Assembly: GCA_038214715.1 (NCBI GenBank)
Contig: JBBQRP010000003.1
Location: 6,209-70,208 of the forward strand
Direction: 5' to 3'
Length of the DNA stretch: 64,000 nucleotides
From: Thermoanaerobaculia bacterium
GTDB taxonomy: Bacteria > Acidobacteriota > Thermoanaerobaculia > UBA5066
The notes below the pieces were generated by a model, which saw only the letters and a list, made by a program, of their open reading frames with translations, had not been told where the DNA came from and made no database searches. The translations under genes were made by a program, and so were the position numbers. Within the stretch, counting starts at the first letter, position 1. Each line of letters begins with the position of its first letter. Positions 50,425-61,670 of this stretch are shown piece by piece.

Positions 50425-51137
50425 CGAGGGAGCCCTCCTGCTGTCTCTCCCCCGCCTCTTTCCACTTCGGGAAACACTGTTCCCGTGAGCGCATGGGCGA
50501 CGGTCGTCGCGGCGCCCGACGGGAAGCCCGCGGCGAGCACGAGCTCGGCCCGAACTTGGTCCCCGGCGAGGAGCGGCGCGACGTCCACGGCGGTCTCGAG
50601 CGTGTGGGCGGGCGCGGCGTCCGCGAGGTTCAGGGGGCACGCCGGATGGACGACCTCCTCCCGCTCCTTCCACGCGAGACCGTAGGTCCGGCAGGTGACC
50701 GGGCGCGACTCGTAAACCGCGCAGCGGCCGCCGGGCAGCTCCAGGAGCGGACACGCCAGGTTCCCCACGGAGGCGAAGAACTCGCCGTCCTGTTCCTCCG
50801 AGCGGTCCGGGTCCAGGATTCCGGCGGCGGGATCGCCCGGAAAAAAACGTGCTCCGAAGGCGACGAGCTTCTCCGCGCGCAAAAGAACGCTTTTTTTCCG
50901 CGCGTCGGGAAGCCGCGAAACGGCCTCTCGGAGGACGAGAGCCTCGGGAAACGAGACTTCGAACGATCCGATGCAGCACCCGAAGCAGCCCTCCCGGCAA
51001 AGGACGTCGCCGGGGCGCGCGGCGAGGGCAGCTCGTTTCCACTCCGAATCCGCGGACGAAATACTTTTATTTAATCGACCGACCAAGTCGCTGTTTTCAG
51101 AATGGTTCCCGTCCACGCGCAACATCTTGCGCCGCAC
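50358..51137 (-). CDS. YkgJ/UPF0153 family protein with CxxCxxCC zinc/iron-chelating motif
   Basis: The CREGCFGCC motif is typical of PF03692. Further Cys pairs. Start uncertain. Convergent 3' overlap of about 66 nt with the bactofilin gene. Confidence 0.6.
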   Translation of the reverse strand: MRRKMLRVDGNHSENSDLVGRLNKSISSADSEWKRAALAARPGDVLCREGCFGCCIGSFEVSFPEALVLREAVSRLPDARKKSVLLRAEKLVAFGARFFPGDPAAGILDPDRSEEQDGEFFASVGNLACPLLELPGGRCAVYESRPVTCRTYGLAWKEREEVVHPACPLNLADAAPAHTLETAVDVAPLLAGDQVRAELVLAAGFPSGAATTVAHALTGTVFPEVERGGGETAGGLPRHEDEGRTAVSGGRGGPLSTGP

Positions 51138-51292
51138 CGGCCTTCGAGGGGAGGAACGTTTGGGATTTCCGGGTTTGACCGGTCGCCCCCGCTGTGAGAT
51201 AACGCCGCGGCCTGCGCGTATCCCTGTTCCACGGCGTCTTCCCGGTGTCTGGGCGTCCGGTTTCGGGGCCGCGGAGGTAACGCCGAGGGCGC

Positions 51293-51721
51293 ATGCAGCT
51301 ACCCGACCTCTCTCTGCTCCTCGTCATGGTGATTTTCTGGGCGACCTACGTCGTCCTGAGAGTTTTCGTGCTCAAGCCGCTCGGCGGAATCCTCGCGGAG
51401 CGCGAAAGCACGATCGAGGGCGCCACGTCGGCGCTTTCTCTCGCCCTCGAAAACGAGAAGGAAACTCTCGCGGGGATCGACCGACGCCTGACGGACGCCC
51501 GCCGCGAGGCGCTGGCCGCGCGGCACATGGCCCGGGCGGACGCGAATGCGCAGAGGCAGGCGATGCTCGACGAGGCCCGCGCGAAGGCGCGCGCCGCCGC
51601 GGCGGACGCGCAGGCGAAGCTCGACGGGGAAGTCGGCGCCGCCCGCGTCGAGCTCGCGAAGAACGCCCGCGCGACCGCGGCCGACATCGCGTCCCTCGCG
51701 CTCGGCCGGAGAATCGCGTGA
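51293..51721 (+). CDS. atpF2: F0F1 ATP synthase subunit b' (second b-type subunit)
   Basis: Single N-terminal TM helix followed by an Ala/Arg/Glu-rich coiled coil. First gene of the atp cluster. Confidence 0.75.
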   Translation: MQLPDLSLLLVMVIFWATYVVLRVFVLKPLGGILAERESTIEGATSALSLALENEKETLAGIDRRLTDARREALAARHMARADANAQRQAMLDEARAKARAAAADAQAKLDGEVGAARVELAKNARATAADIASLALGRRIA

Positions 51722-52266
51722 GCCCCGTTGCTCTCGTTTTCCTTCTTTTCGAGGAAGGGCACGAGGCCGCGCGTGGTTTTCTCGGGATCCCGAGCCTCGC
51801 CTGGCAGGTTCTCAATCTCGCGTGCTTTCTCGCGCTTCTCTGGTTCCTGCTGAAAAAGCCCGCGACCACGTTCTTCGGCGACCGCAGGAAAGGCGTCGCG
51901 GTCGCGCTCGCGAAGGCCGACGAGGACCGGCGCCGCGCCGAGGCGCTCGCGGGCGAGCTCGCGTCGCGTCTTGCGTCGATCGAAACAGAGCTCGCGAACC
52001 TCAAGTCCGCCGCCCGGCACGATGCGGAACAGGAGCACGCGGCGCTCCTCGAGAAGAGCCGCGCCGATGCGGACGCCCTCCTCGTCCGCACCCGGGCCGA
52101 CCTCGACAACCGCGTGCGTTCCGCCCGCGCCGAGCTCACGGCGTACGCCGGAGACCTGTCCGTCGAGATCGCACGCGAGATGCTGAAGAAGAACATCACC
52201 GCGGGAGACGAGAAGAGGCTGCTCGACGAAGGCATCGCGAACCTCGGCGGCGCGGCGAAGGCCTGA
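51718..52266 (+). CDS. atpF: F0F1 ATP synthase subunit b
   Basis: GTG start overlaps the b' stop (GTGA). TM helix plus long helical stalk. Confidence 0.75.
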   Translation: MSPVALVFLLFEEGHEAARGFLGIPSLAWQVLNLACFLALLWFLLKKPATTFFGDRRKGVAVALAKADEDRRRAEALAGELASRLASIETELANLKSAARHDAEQEHAALLEKSRADADALLVRTRADLDNRVRSARAELTAYAGDLSVEIAREMLKKNITAGDEKRLLDEGIANLGGAAKA

Positions 52267-52277
52267 GGCGGAAACGA

Positions 52278-52817
52278 ATGAGTGCAAAGTTCACGCGCCC
52301 GTACGTCGACGCGTTTTTCGCGGTCGCGAAGGACCCACTCTCGGAGCTCGCGGCCCTCGAGCAGTTCCGGACCGCGTATGACGAGGCGCCGGCACTCGAG
52401 AAGGTGCTGTCGAACCCCGGCCTCGAACGGAAGAAGAGGCATATCTTGCTCTCCGCCGTCGCGGCGCGCGTGGGCGTTCCGGAACTCGCCGGACGCCTCC
52501 TGGCCATCCTCCTCGACAATGGGCGGCTCCCCGCGCTTGGCGAGCTTCTCGCGGCGATCCGCGCGCAGCTGGACCGCGACACGAGCGCCATCGAGGCGCG
52601 TGTCGTCACGGCGCAGCCGGCCGACGCCGCGGTTCTCGAAGCGCTTCGCGCCCTGGTGGCCGCCCGGACGAAGAAGACCGTCCGGCTGGTGGCCGCCGTC
52701 GACCCCGCGCTGCTCGGAGGCTTCGTCGTCTCCGTCGGCAGCACGCGGCTCGACGCTTCGCTCTCCCGACGCCTCGAAAAAGCTCGTGCGGCCCTGCACG
52801 CACTTGCCCCGGCCTGA
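52278..52817 (+). CDS. atpH: F0F1 ATP synthase subunit delta (OSCP)
   Basis: ATG MSAKFTRPYVDAFF is preceded by GAGG. OSCP-like sequence. The track ORF 51546..52817 upstream part was rejected. Confidence 0.85.
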   Translation: MSAKFTRPYVDAFFAVAKDPLSELAALEQFRTAYDEAPALEKVLSNPGLERKKRHILLSAVAARVGVPELAGRLLAILLDNGRLPALGELLAAIRAQLDRDTSAIEARVVTAQPADAAVLEALRALVAARTKKTVRLVAAVDPALLGGFVVSVGSTRLDASLSRRLEKARAALHALAPA

Positions 52818-52841
52818 CCAGACGGAGAAAGAAGCACGAAC

Positions 52842-54377
52842 ATGGCGGAAATCAGCGCACAGGAAATCACCCAGCTCATCAAGGCCCAGCTCCAGGGCGT
52901 CACGCAGGGCGTGGACGTCGACGAGGTGGGCACGGTCGTGTCCGTCGGAGACGGCATCGCGCTCGTCTACGGCCTCGACAAGGTCATGGCGGGCGAGCTC
53001 GTCGAGTTTCCGAACGGCGTTTACGGCCTTGCGCTGAACCTCGAAGAGGGCCACGTCGGCTGCGTGCTCATGGGCGACACGAGCCTCGTCAAGGAAGGGG
53101 ACACGGTCAAGCGCACGAAGCGGATCATCTCCGTTCCCGTCGGGGAGGCCCTCGTGGGCCGAGTCGTGAACCCGCTCGGCCAGCCGCTCGACGGGAAGGG
53201 GCCGATCGCCGCGAAGGAGCTCTATCCGGTCGAGCGTCTCGCCCCCGGCGTGGTCGACCGCATGCCCGTGAAGGAATCCATGCAGACGGGCATCAAGGCG
53301 ATCGACGCGATGATCCCGATCGGCCGCGGCCAGCGCGAGCTCATCATCGGGGACCGCCAGACGGGGAAGACGGCGATCGCGCTCGACGCGATCATCAACC
53401 AGAAGGGCAAGGGCGTCTTCTGCGTCTACGTCGCGATCGGCCAGAAAAACTCGACCGTCGCTCAGGTCGTCCAGACGCTCGAGGCGTACGGCGCGATGGA
53501 GCACACGATCGTGGTCGCCGCGTCCGCGGCCGACCCGGCCCCGCTCCAGTACATCGCGGCGTACGCCGGTTGCGCGATGGGCGAGTACTTCATGTACAAC
53601 GGCAAGCACGCGCTCGTCGTCTACGACGATCTCAGCAAGCAGGCGGCGTCCTACCGGGAGGTCTCGCTCCTCCTGCGCCGGCCGCCGGGCCGTGAAGCGT
53701 ACCCCGGCGACGTCTTCTATCTCCACAGCCGGCTTCTCGAGAGGGCCTCGAAGCTGAACAAGGAGAAGGGCGGCGGCTCGCTTACCGCGCTTCCGATCAT
53801 CGAGACGCAGGCGGGCGACGTTTCGGCCTACATCCCGACGAATGTCATCTCGATCACGGACGGACAGATCTTCCTCGAGTCCGACCTCTTCTTCTCGGGC
53901 CAGCGCCCGGCGGTCAACGTCGGCATCTCGGTGTCGCGCGTCGGCGGCTCGGCCCAGATCAAAGTCATGCGCGCGATCTCCGGCACGCTCCGCCTCGATC
54001 TCGCGCAGTACCGGGAGCTCGCGGCGTTCGCGCAGTTCGGCTCGGACCTCGACAAAACGACGCAGGCTCAGCTCAACCGGGGCCGCCGCCTCGTCGAGAT
54101 CCTGAAACAGAACCAGTACGTTCCGATGGACGTCGCGCTCCAGATCGCCTCGGTCTTCGCGGGCACGAAGGGCCACCTCGACGAGCTGCGCGTCGACGCC
54201 GTGCTTCCCTTCGAAACTGCGCTCCACGACTACCTCACGAACCAGAACCAGCCGCTCCTCCAGGAGATCCGCGACGCCGCGAAACTCACGAAGGAGATCG
54301 AGGCCGCGCTCACGGCGGCGGTCGTGGAGGCGAAAAAAGTCTTCCTCTCGTCGACCCCCGAGGCGAAGCAGACCTAG
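52842..54377 (+). CDS. atpA: F0F1 ATP synthase subunit alpha
   Basis: Walker A GDRQTGKT. Full-length similarity. Confidence 0.97.
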   Translation: MAEISAQEITQLIKAQLQGVTQGVDVDEVGTVVSVGDGIALVYGLDKVMAGELVEFPNGVYGLALNLEEGHVGCVLMGDTSLVKEGDTVKRTKRIISVPVGEALVGRVVNPLGQPLDGKGPIAAKELYPVERLAPGVVDRMPVKESMQTGIKAIDAMIPIGRGQRELIIGDRQTGKTAIALDAIINQKGKGVFCVYVAIGQKNSTVAQVVQTLEAYGAMEHTIVVAASAADPAPLQYIAAYAGCAMGEYFMYNGKHALVVYDDLSKQAASYREVSLLLRRPPGREAYPGDVFYLHSRLLERASKLNKEKGGGSLTALPIIETQAGDVSAYIPTNVISITDGQIFLESDLFFSGQRPAVNVGISVSRVGGSAQIKVMRAISGTLRLDLAQYRELAAFAQFGSDLDKTTQAQLNRGRRLVEILKQNQYVPMDVALQIASVFAGTKGHLDELRVDAVLPFETALHDYLTNQNQPLLQEIRDAAKLTKEIEAALTAAVVEAKKVFLSSTPEAKQT

Positions 54378-54408
54378 TGCCCGGAGCGGGACAGGCGCGC
54401 GAGAACTG

Positions 54409-55296
54409 ATGGCAAACCTCATCGACATCCGGCGGCGGATCCGGAGCGTGAAGAACACGCAGCAGATCACGAAGGCGGTCAAGATGGTCGCCGCCTCGAA
54501 GCTGCGGCGTTCGCAGGACAAAGCGATCGCGACGCGCCCCTACGCGACGACGCTCGAGGCGATGCTGCGCTCCGTCGCCTCGCGTGTGGCGCCGCGCGAG
54601 GATGGCGCCCCGCTGCATCCGCTCCTCGCGGTGCGCGACGAGAAGAACGTGGTCCTCGTCGTCGTGTCGGGCGACAAGGGCCTCGCCGGCGGGTTCAACA
54701 CGAACGTGAACCGCGCGGCCGCGGCGTTCCTGAAAGAGGCACCGGTCCGCGGCGTCGCGCACCTGAGCGTCGTCGCGCTCGGGAAGAAGTCGAACGACTT
54801 CTGGCGGCGGCGGCCCGTCGAGATCCTGAAGGCGCAGGCGGGCCTCGCGCAGATCGGCGCCGCTCCGGCCGCGGAGATCGCCCGCATCCTCGCGGCCCGG
54901 TTCGTGGCGGGGGAAACGGACGCGGTCTACGTCGTCTCGAACGAGTTCAAGAGCGCGATCTCCCAGGTCGTCAGGACGAGGCGTCTCCTCCCCGTCGAGC
55001 TCGAGAACGCGTCGGATCCGTCGAAGTCGAACGGCGGCGTCGACTACCTCTACGAGCCGTCGCCCGAGGAGATCCTCGGGACGCTCCTCCCGCGGTTCCT
55101 CGAGTTCCAGATGTACCGCGTGATCCTCGAGTCGCAGGCGGCGTTCTTCGCGGCGCAGATGACGGCGATGGACAGCGCGACGAAGAACGCCGGGGACATG
55201 ATCGACTCCCTGACCCTCACCTACAACCGCGCGCGCCAGGCGCGCATTACGAAAGAGCTCATCGAGATCGTCTCGGGCGCGGCGGCACTGGAATGA
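54409..55296 (+). CDS. atpG: F0F1 ATP synthase subunit gamma
   Basis: MANLIDIRRRIRSVKNTQQITKAVKMVAASKL N-terminus. Confidence 0.95.
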   Translation: MANLIDIRRRIRSVKNTQQITKAVKMVAASKLRRSQDKAIATRPYATTLEAMLRSVASRVAPREDGAPLHPLLAVRDEKNVVLVVVSGDKGLAGGFNTNVNRAAAAFLKEAPVRGVAHLSVVALGKKSNDFWRRRPVEILKAQAGLAQIGAAPAAEIARILAARFVAGETDAVYVVSNEFKSAISQVVRTRRLLPVELENASDPSKSNGGVDYLYEPSPEEILGTLLPRFLEFQMYRVILESQAAFFAAQMTAMDSATKNAGDMIDSLTLTYNRARQARITKELIEIVSGAAALE

Positions 55297-56775
<1,479 letters not shown>

Positions 56776-56776
56776 G

Positions 56777-57184
56777 TTGGACGGTCGCCTGACGCTGACG
56801 GTCGTCACGCCCGAGAAGGCGGTTCTCCAGCGTATTTTGTGCGACGAAGTGGCCGTGCCGTGTCTGAAGGGCGAAATCGGCGTCCTGCCGGGCCACACGC
56901 CGCTCATCGCGCTCCTCGGAATCGGCGTCGTCGCGTATCGCGACGGAGCTCGCCGCGAGGCGGTCGCGGTGCGCGGCGGATTCGTGGAGATCGCGGGCGA
57001 CGCCGTGCGCGTGCTGGCGGACGACGCCGTGGCGCCGCAGGCGATCGACCGCGCGGCTGCCGTGACCGAGAAGCGTGAGGCCGAGGGCCGGCGCGACCGC
57101 GCGGCCGGCGACGAGGAGCTGGACGCGGCCGACGCGGACGCGCGGTTCGCGGACGCCCGGCTCGCCGTGGCGCGGCCGGCCTGA
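56777..57184 (+). CDS. atpC: F0F1 ATP synthase subunit epsilon
   Basis: TTG start. LTLTVVTPEK...VPCLKGEIGVLPGHTPL. Confidence 0.9.
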   Translation: MDGRLTLTVVTPEKAVLQRILCDEVAVPCLKGEIGVLPGHTPLIALLGIGVVAYRDGARREAVAVRGGFVEIAGDAVRVLADDAVAPQAIDRAAAVTEKREAEGRRDRAAGDEELDAADADARFADARLAVARPA

Positions 57185-57327
57185 GCGGGCAGGCGAGGCG
57201 AGGCCCGCACATGTTGTCACCGCATGGGGCCGGAAGCCCCGGCATGGGGCTTGCGATGTACATGGTCAGGTCCGGTGGGTGCCGAAAGGGCGCGCCGGAT
57301 CGACACCACACCTCCTGCCTCCTACCA

Positions 57328-57358
57328 GGGCTCCGCACCGCGGAGCCCTCTTTTTTTT
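57328..57358 (+). terminator. Rho-independent terminator of the atp operon
   Basis: GGGCTCCGC-acc-GCGGAGCCC perfect 9-bp stem followed by TCTTTTTTTT. Confidence 0.8.
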
Positions 57359-57404
57359 CGCCTTCGCCCCCTGCCGTCAGTTCACGGAAAGCCTCCAGGC
57401 AGCG

Positions 57405-58208
57405 ATGACCGTCGACCGCGACCCGTGGTACGCGGAGTGGTTCGGAGAGGAATACCTCGCCCTCTATCCCGAGCGCGACGACCGGGAGGCGCGGCAGCAA
57501 GCGGCGTTCGTGCGAGTCCTGCTCGCGCCGTACGCGAAGCTGGGCCGCATGAGGTTTCTCGACCTCGCGTGCGGGACGGGGAGGCACGCGGTCGCCCTGC
57601 ACGACGGCGTCGGGAGCGTCGTGGGCCTCGACCTGTCGGCGCGTCTCCTCTTCCAGGGCGGTCGGCGTCTGGGCCCGGCCCGCCCGTTCTGGGTTCGCGC
57701 GGACATGAGGGAGCTTCCGTTTCGCGCGGGCACGTTCGGGGCGGTCGTGAACTTCTTCACGTCGTTCGGGTACTTCGAGGACCTCGCCGACGACGCGCGC
57801 GTCGTCCGCGAAGTAGCGCGCCTCCTTGCACCGGGGGGCGCGTTCCTCTCGGACGTCTTCAACGCCGAGCGCGTCATCGGGACCCTCGCCGTGCGGGAAG
57901 AAAAGACCGTCGCGGGGGAGCGGGTGAGCATCCGGCGACGGTACGATCCGGTGAGCCGGCGTGTGGAGAAGGAGATCGAGATGGGCTCGGGCGAGGACAA
58001 GCGCGTTTTCAGAGAGTGCGTGCGCGCCTACACGGAGCACGAGCTGAGGACGCTCCATAGGGCGGCTGGGCTGACCGTCCGTGCCGCGTACGGGAGCTTC
58101 GACGGCGCCACGTTCGACCGCGGGAAGTCGCCGCGACTGATCCTCCTCGCGACGAAGACAATGGGGCGGCCTTCGGCGAGAGTGGGCGGTGACGAGGTGA
58201 CGAGGTGA
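57405..58208 (+). CDS. Class I SAM-dependent methyltransferase, first gene of the bsh operon (candidate bacillithiol N-methyltransferase)
   Basis: FLDLACGTGRHA motif I and GGAFLSDVFN. Stop overlaps the bshC GTG start (GTGA) within a duplicated CGAGGTGA octamer. Confidence 0.7.
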   Translation: MTVDRDPWYAEWFGEEYLALYPERDDREARQQAAFVRVLLAPYAKLGRMRFLDLACGTGRHAVALHDGVGSVVGLDLSARLLFQGGRRLGPARPFWVRADMRELPFRAGTFGAVVNFFTSFGYFEDLADDARVVREVARLLAPGGAFLSDVFNAERVIGTLAVREEKTVAGERVSIRRRYDPVSRRVEKEIEMGSGEDKRVFRECVRAYTEHELRTLHRAAGLTVRAAYGSFDGATFDRGKSPRLILLATKTMGRPSARVGGDEVTR

Positions 58209-59785
58209 CGGCGATCCCGCCGGGCCGCGTCCCGGGTATTCCCGCACTCGCGCTCGGTCTCGCGACGGGCGTCCCGGAAGTGCGCGCGTTCCTCCCGGAC
58301 ACGCCGGATCTCGCGACGATCGCGAATCGCGCGCGGGGCGTGCGGGCCGCGTTCCACCCCCACGCGAGCGTCGGCGGGGACGATCCGCGGCTCGCGGCGC
58401 TCGCGCGCGGCGAGGCGGCTGCCGTCCTCACGGGCCAGCAGGCCGGCCTGTTCGGTGGACCCGTTCTCACGATCGTGAAGGCCCTCGCCGCGGAGAAGCT
58501 CGCCGCGGACCTCCGCGCGGGCGGCGCCGACGCGGACCCGGCGTTCTGGTGCGCGTCCGAGGACCACGATCTCGTCGAGGTGACACGCCTCGTCCTGCCG
58601 ACCCACGACGGCCCGAAGGACTTCGGTCCTGAACCCGGTGCGCTCGCGGAGAACCGGCGCCCCGTCGGGCGGCTTCCGATCGGTGTGGACGGCGCGGCGC
58701 TTGCCGCCGCGGCCGCCGCGGGTCTCACCCAGCCTCCGGACGACGAGGCGCGCGAGGCCCTTACGAAAGCGCACATCGAAACGACGTTTTTCGAGGCTTT
58801 CCGGACGACGCTCACGTGGCTCCTCGCGGACGGGGGTCACACGGCGATGCCCGTCGTCGATGCCGCGAGCGGGTCGGACAAGCCGGTGCTCGTTCCTCTC
58901 GCGTCGCGAATCGTGCGGGAGCGCGCGGACGTCAAACGGCTCCTCGGGGAGCGGGGGGCCGCGCTCGAGGCGGCGGGCCATCCGCTCCAGGTCACGTCCG
59001 ACGTCGCCGCGCTGCCCCTGTTCGTCCGCGTCGGCGAGGAGAGGCTCCTCCTCCACGAATCGGGCGCCAGGATCGCGCTCAAGGGGCGCGAGGGTTCCTT
59101 CTCCGCGGACGAGGTCGTGGCGCGTTTCGAAGCCGGCGAATGGCTGCCGTCCTTCTCCGCGCTCACCCGCCCGCTCGCGGCGTCGACGCTCTTCCCCGTC
59201 GCCGCGACGATCCTTGGCCCCTCGGAGATCGCGTACTGGGCCCAGAGCTGGCCGCTTTTCGCATGGGCCGGAATCGTTCCTCCCGTGATCGTTCCGCGCC
59301 CGCTCGTGGCGCTCCTCACGCCCTCGTCGCGCAAGGGCCTCGAGAAGCTTTCGCTGCGGCTCGAAGACGTTCTCGACGGGCCCGAGTCCATGCTGAGGAA
59401 GATCGGAGCCGGGCAGGCAGGGGCGCTCCTCTCCCGCGTCCACGCGGCCGGAACCGACGCGATCCGCGAGCTCCTCTCGCTCAAGCCGGCGCTCCTCGCG
59501 GTGGACCCCGGGCTGGAAAAGGCCGTCGAGGCGACGCGTGAGAAGACGTCGTTCGCGTTCGAGAAGCTGGCGGAAAAGACGGCGAGCGCGGCGGGGCGCG
59601 CGGACGAGCACGCCGCCGCGAAGGTCGCCCGCCTTGCGGACGAGATTCTTCCCCTCGGAAAGCTCGCCGAGCGCGTGTATTCGGCGCTTCCCTACGCCCT
59701 CCGTTTCGGGCGCTCCGCCCTCGTCGGAACCCTGCGCCGGGATCTCAAGTGGAACGTAGCGGGGCTGCAGGTGATCGAGCTGTGA
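58205..59785 (+). CDS. bshC: Bacillithiol biosynthesis cysteine-adding enzyme BshC
   Basis: TGQQAGLFGGPVLTIVKAL and PAFWCASEDHDLVEV match the conserved BshC (YllA) motifs GGQQAGLLTGPLYTIHKI and FWVAGEDHDLDE. About 526 aa. Confidence 0.8.
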   Translation: MTAIPPGRVPGIPALALGLATGVPEVRAFLPDTPDLATIANRARGVRAAFHPHASVGGDDPRLAALARGEAAAVLTGQQAGLFGGPVLTIVKALAAEKLAADLRAGGADADPAFWCASEDHDLVEVTRLVLPTHDGPKDFGPEPGALAENRRPVGRLPIGVDGAALAAAAAAGLTQPPDDEAREALTKAHIETTFFEAFRTTLTWLLADGGHTAMPVVDAASGSDKPVLVPLASRIVRERADVKRLLGERGAALEAAGHPLQVTSDVAALPLFVRVGEERLLLHESGARIALKGREGSFSADEVVARFEAGEWLPSFSALTRPLAASTLFPVAATILGPSEIAYWAQSWPLFAWAGIVPPVIVPRPLVALLTPSSRKGLEKLSLRLEDVLDGPESMLRKIGAGQAGALLSRVHAAGTDAIRELLSLKPALLAVDPGLEKAVEATREKTSFAFEKLAEKTASAAGRADEHAAAKVARLADEILPLGKLAERVYSALPYALRFGRSALVGTLRRDLKWNVAGLQVIEL

Positions 59786-60552
59786 CGGCAGACGCCGGGG
59801 CGACGGCGCATCTCGACGACGCGGCGCCCGTCGAGGTCCTCGCCTTCTCACCGCATCCCGACGACGTCGAGCTTGGCTGCGGCGGAACGCTCGCCGCTTT
59901 CGCGGGGCGGGGCTCGAGCTTCGGCATCGTCGATCTCACGCGCGGGGAGATGGGAACGCGAGGCACACCCGAGATTCGCCGCGCCGAAGCCGTGGAGGCC
60001 GCGCGGATCCTGGGGGCGCGTTTTCGCGTGAACCTGGACCTTGGGGACGGCGACCTCAGGACGGACCGGGCCGCGCAGCGGCTCGTCGTCGACGTCGTGC
60101 GCCGCGCGCGGCCGCGGTTCGTCTTCGCGCCGCTCGTCCTCGACCGCCATCCGGACCACGTTCGCGCGAGCCGGCTCGTCTCCGACGCGTCCTGGTACGC
60201 CGGGCTACGGAAGCTCGAGACCGGCCTGCCGCCGCATCGCCCGGATCAGGTCGTCTTTTACGCCGCGTACGTCTTTGCGTCCCCGACGTTCCTCGTCGAC
60301 GTCTCCGCGTCGTTCGCGGCGAAGATGGCGGCGCTGCGCGCCTATCGGAGCCAGTTCCACGACGAAAACTCGAAAGAGCCCGAGACGTATGTCTCGTCGA
60401 GCGGTTTCTTCGAAGGCATCGAAGCGCGCGCGCGCGCGCTCGGGAGGATCGCGAACGTGGAGTACGCCGAGGGCTTCGTCTCGAACGTGCCGCCGATGCT
60501 GGCGGATCCCGTCGCGGCATTCCTCGGCTACGAGGGGGGGAAGCGACCGTGA
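59782..60552 (+). CDS. bshB: PIG-L/LmbE family deacetylase, probable BshB
   Basis: GTG start overlaps the bshC stop (GTGA). AFSPHPDDVELGCGG zinc-binding motif and HPDH. The track ORF starts 11 codons earlier at 59749. Confidence 0.8.
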   Translation: MTADAGATAHLDDAAPVEVLAFSPHPDDVELGCGGTLAAFAGRGSSFGIVDLTRGEMGTRGTPEIRRAEAVEAARILGARFRVNLDLGDGDLRTDRAAQRLVVDVVRRARPRFVFAPLVLDRHPDHVRASRLVSDASWYAGLRKLETGLPPHRPDQVVFYAAYVFASPTFLVDVSASFAAKMAALRAYRSQFHDENSKEPETYVSSSGFFEGIEARARALGRIANVEYAEGFVSNVPPMLADPVAAFLGYEGGKRP

Positions 60553-61670
60553 AGATCGGCATCACGTGCTACCCGACGTTCGGGGGGTCCGGCGTCGTCG
60601 CGACGGAGCTCGGGCACGAGCTTGCGCGCCGCGGGCACGACGTCCACTTCATCACCTACGCGATGCCCTCGCGTCTGAACGTCTTCGCCGAGCGCGTCAC
60701 GTATCACGAAGTGTCCGTGCCGTCCTACCCGCTCTTCCAGTACGCGCCGTACGACCTCGCCCTCGCGACGCGCATGGGCGACGTCGCGACGCACGTTGGG
60801 CTCGACCTCATCCACGTCCACTACGCGCTCCCGCACGCGATCTCGGCTCACCTCGCGCGCGAGATGCTCGCCCCGAGGCGCCTCGGCCTCGTGACGACGC
60901 TGCACGGAACGGACGTGACGATCGTCGGGCAGGATCGGTCCTACCTTCCCATCACGCGCTTCGGAATCGAGAAGTCCGACGCCGTGACCGCGGTCTCCGA
61001 GCACCTCAGGCGCGTCACGCTCGACGTGTTTTCTCCGAAGCGCGAGGTCGAGGTCATTCCGAATTTCATCGATCCCATGCGCTGGACCCCGGAATCGGCC
61101 AATCTCGCCTGCCGCCTCGTGCCCGCGGGGCGGAGGGTCCTGCTGCACGTCTCGAACTTCCGGCCTGTCAAGCGTGTCCTCGACGTCGTCGAGATCTTCG
61201 ACCGGCTGCGCCAGCGCATTCCCGCGACGCTCGTGATGATCGGCGACGGCCCGGACCGCCCGGCCGCGGAGGCGCTGTGTCGCGAGAAGGGAATCGCGTC
61301 CTCCGTGTCCTTTCTCGGGAACATGCCGGCCCTCGAGGCCGTGATGCCTGCGGCCGACCTCTATCTCCTGCCGTCGAACTCGGAGTCGTTCGGTCTGTCG
61401 GCCCTCGAGGCCCAGGCGTGTGGCGTCCCGGTTCTCGGCTACGCGGCGGGCGGACTTCCGGAGGTGGTCGCCCACGGCGTCACGGGTTTCCTTCGCGAGG
61501 TGGGCGACGTCGGAGGCCTCGCCGAGGACGGGGCCTCCCTCCTTCTGGACCCGGCGCGCTACGACGCCATGGCGCTGGCGTCTCGGGAGCGCGCGATCCG
61601 GCTCTTCGACGCGGACGCGATCGTCTCGCGCTACGTCGCCCTGTACGAGCGCGTTCTCGCCGCGGCTTGA
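60549..61670 (+). CDS. bshA: GT4 glycosyltransferase, N-acetyl-alpha-D-glucosaminyl L-malate synthase BshA
   Basis: MKIGITCYPTFGGSGVVATELG...HVHYALPHAI...LHGTDVT...HVSNFRPVKRV...ESFGLSALEAQACGVPV is near-collinear with B. subtilis BshA. ATGA overlap with bshB. Confidence 0.9.
   Translation: MKIGITCYPTFGGSGVVATELGHELARRGHDVHFITYAMPSRLNVFAERVTYHEVSVPSYPLFQYAPYDLALATRMGDVATHVGLDLIHVHYALPHAISAHLAREMLAPRRLGLVTTLHGTDVTIVGQDRSYLPITRFGIEKSDAVTAVSEHLRRVTLDVFSPKREVEVIPNFIDPMRWTPESANLACRLVPAGRRVLLHVSNFRPVKRVLDVVEIFDRLRQRIPATLVMIGDGPDRPAAEALCREKGIASSVSFLGNMPALEAVMPAADLYLLPSNSESFGLSALEAQACGVPVLGYAAGGLPEVVAHGVTGFLREVGDVGGLAEDGASLLLDPARYDAMALASRERAIRLFDADAIVSRYVALYERVLAAA

Noticed and set aside
51372-54521. 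1049-aa minus-strand ORF antisense to atpF-atpH-atpA
   Set aside because: Arg-rich low-complexity sequence antisense to strongly conserved ATP synthase genes. GC-driven artefact.
57211-57408. 65-aa ORF in the atpC to methyltransferase intergenic region, a possible small protein or sRNA
   Set aside because: The translation is low-complexity with no SD-supported start. The region is better explained by two hairpins and the intrinsic terminator of the atp operon. An sRNA cannot be excluded but nothing specific supports it.
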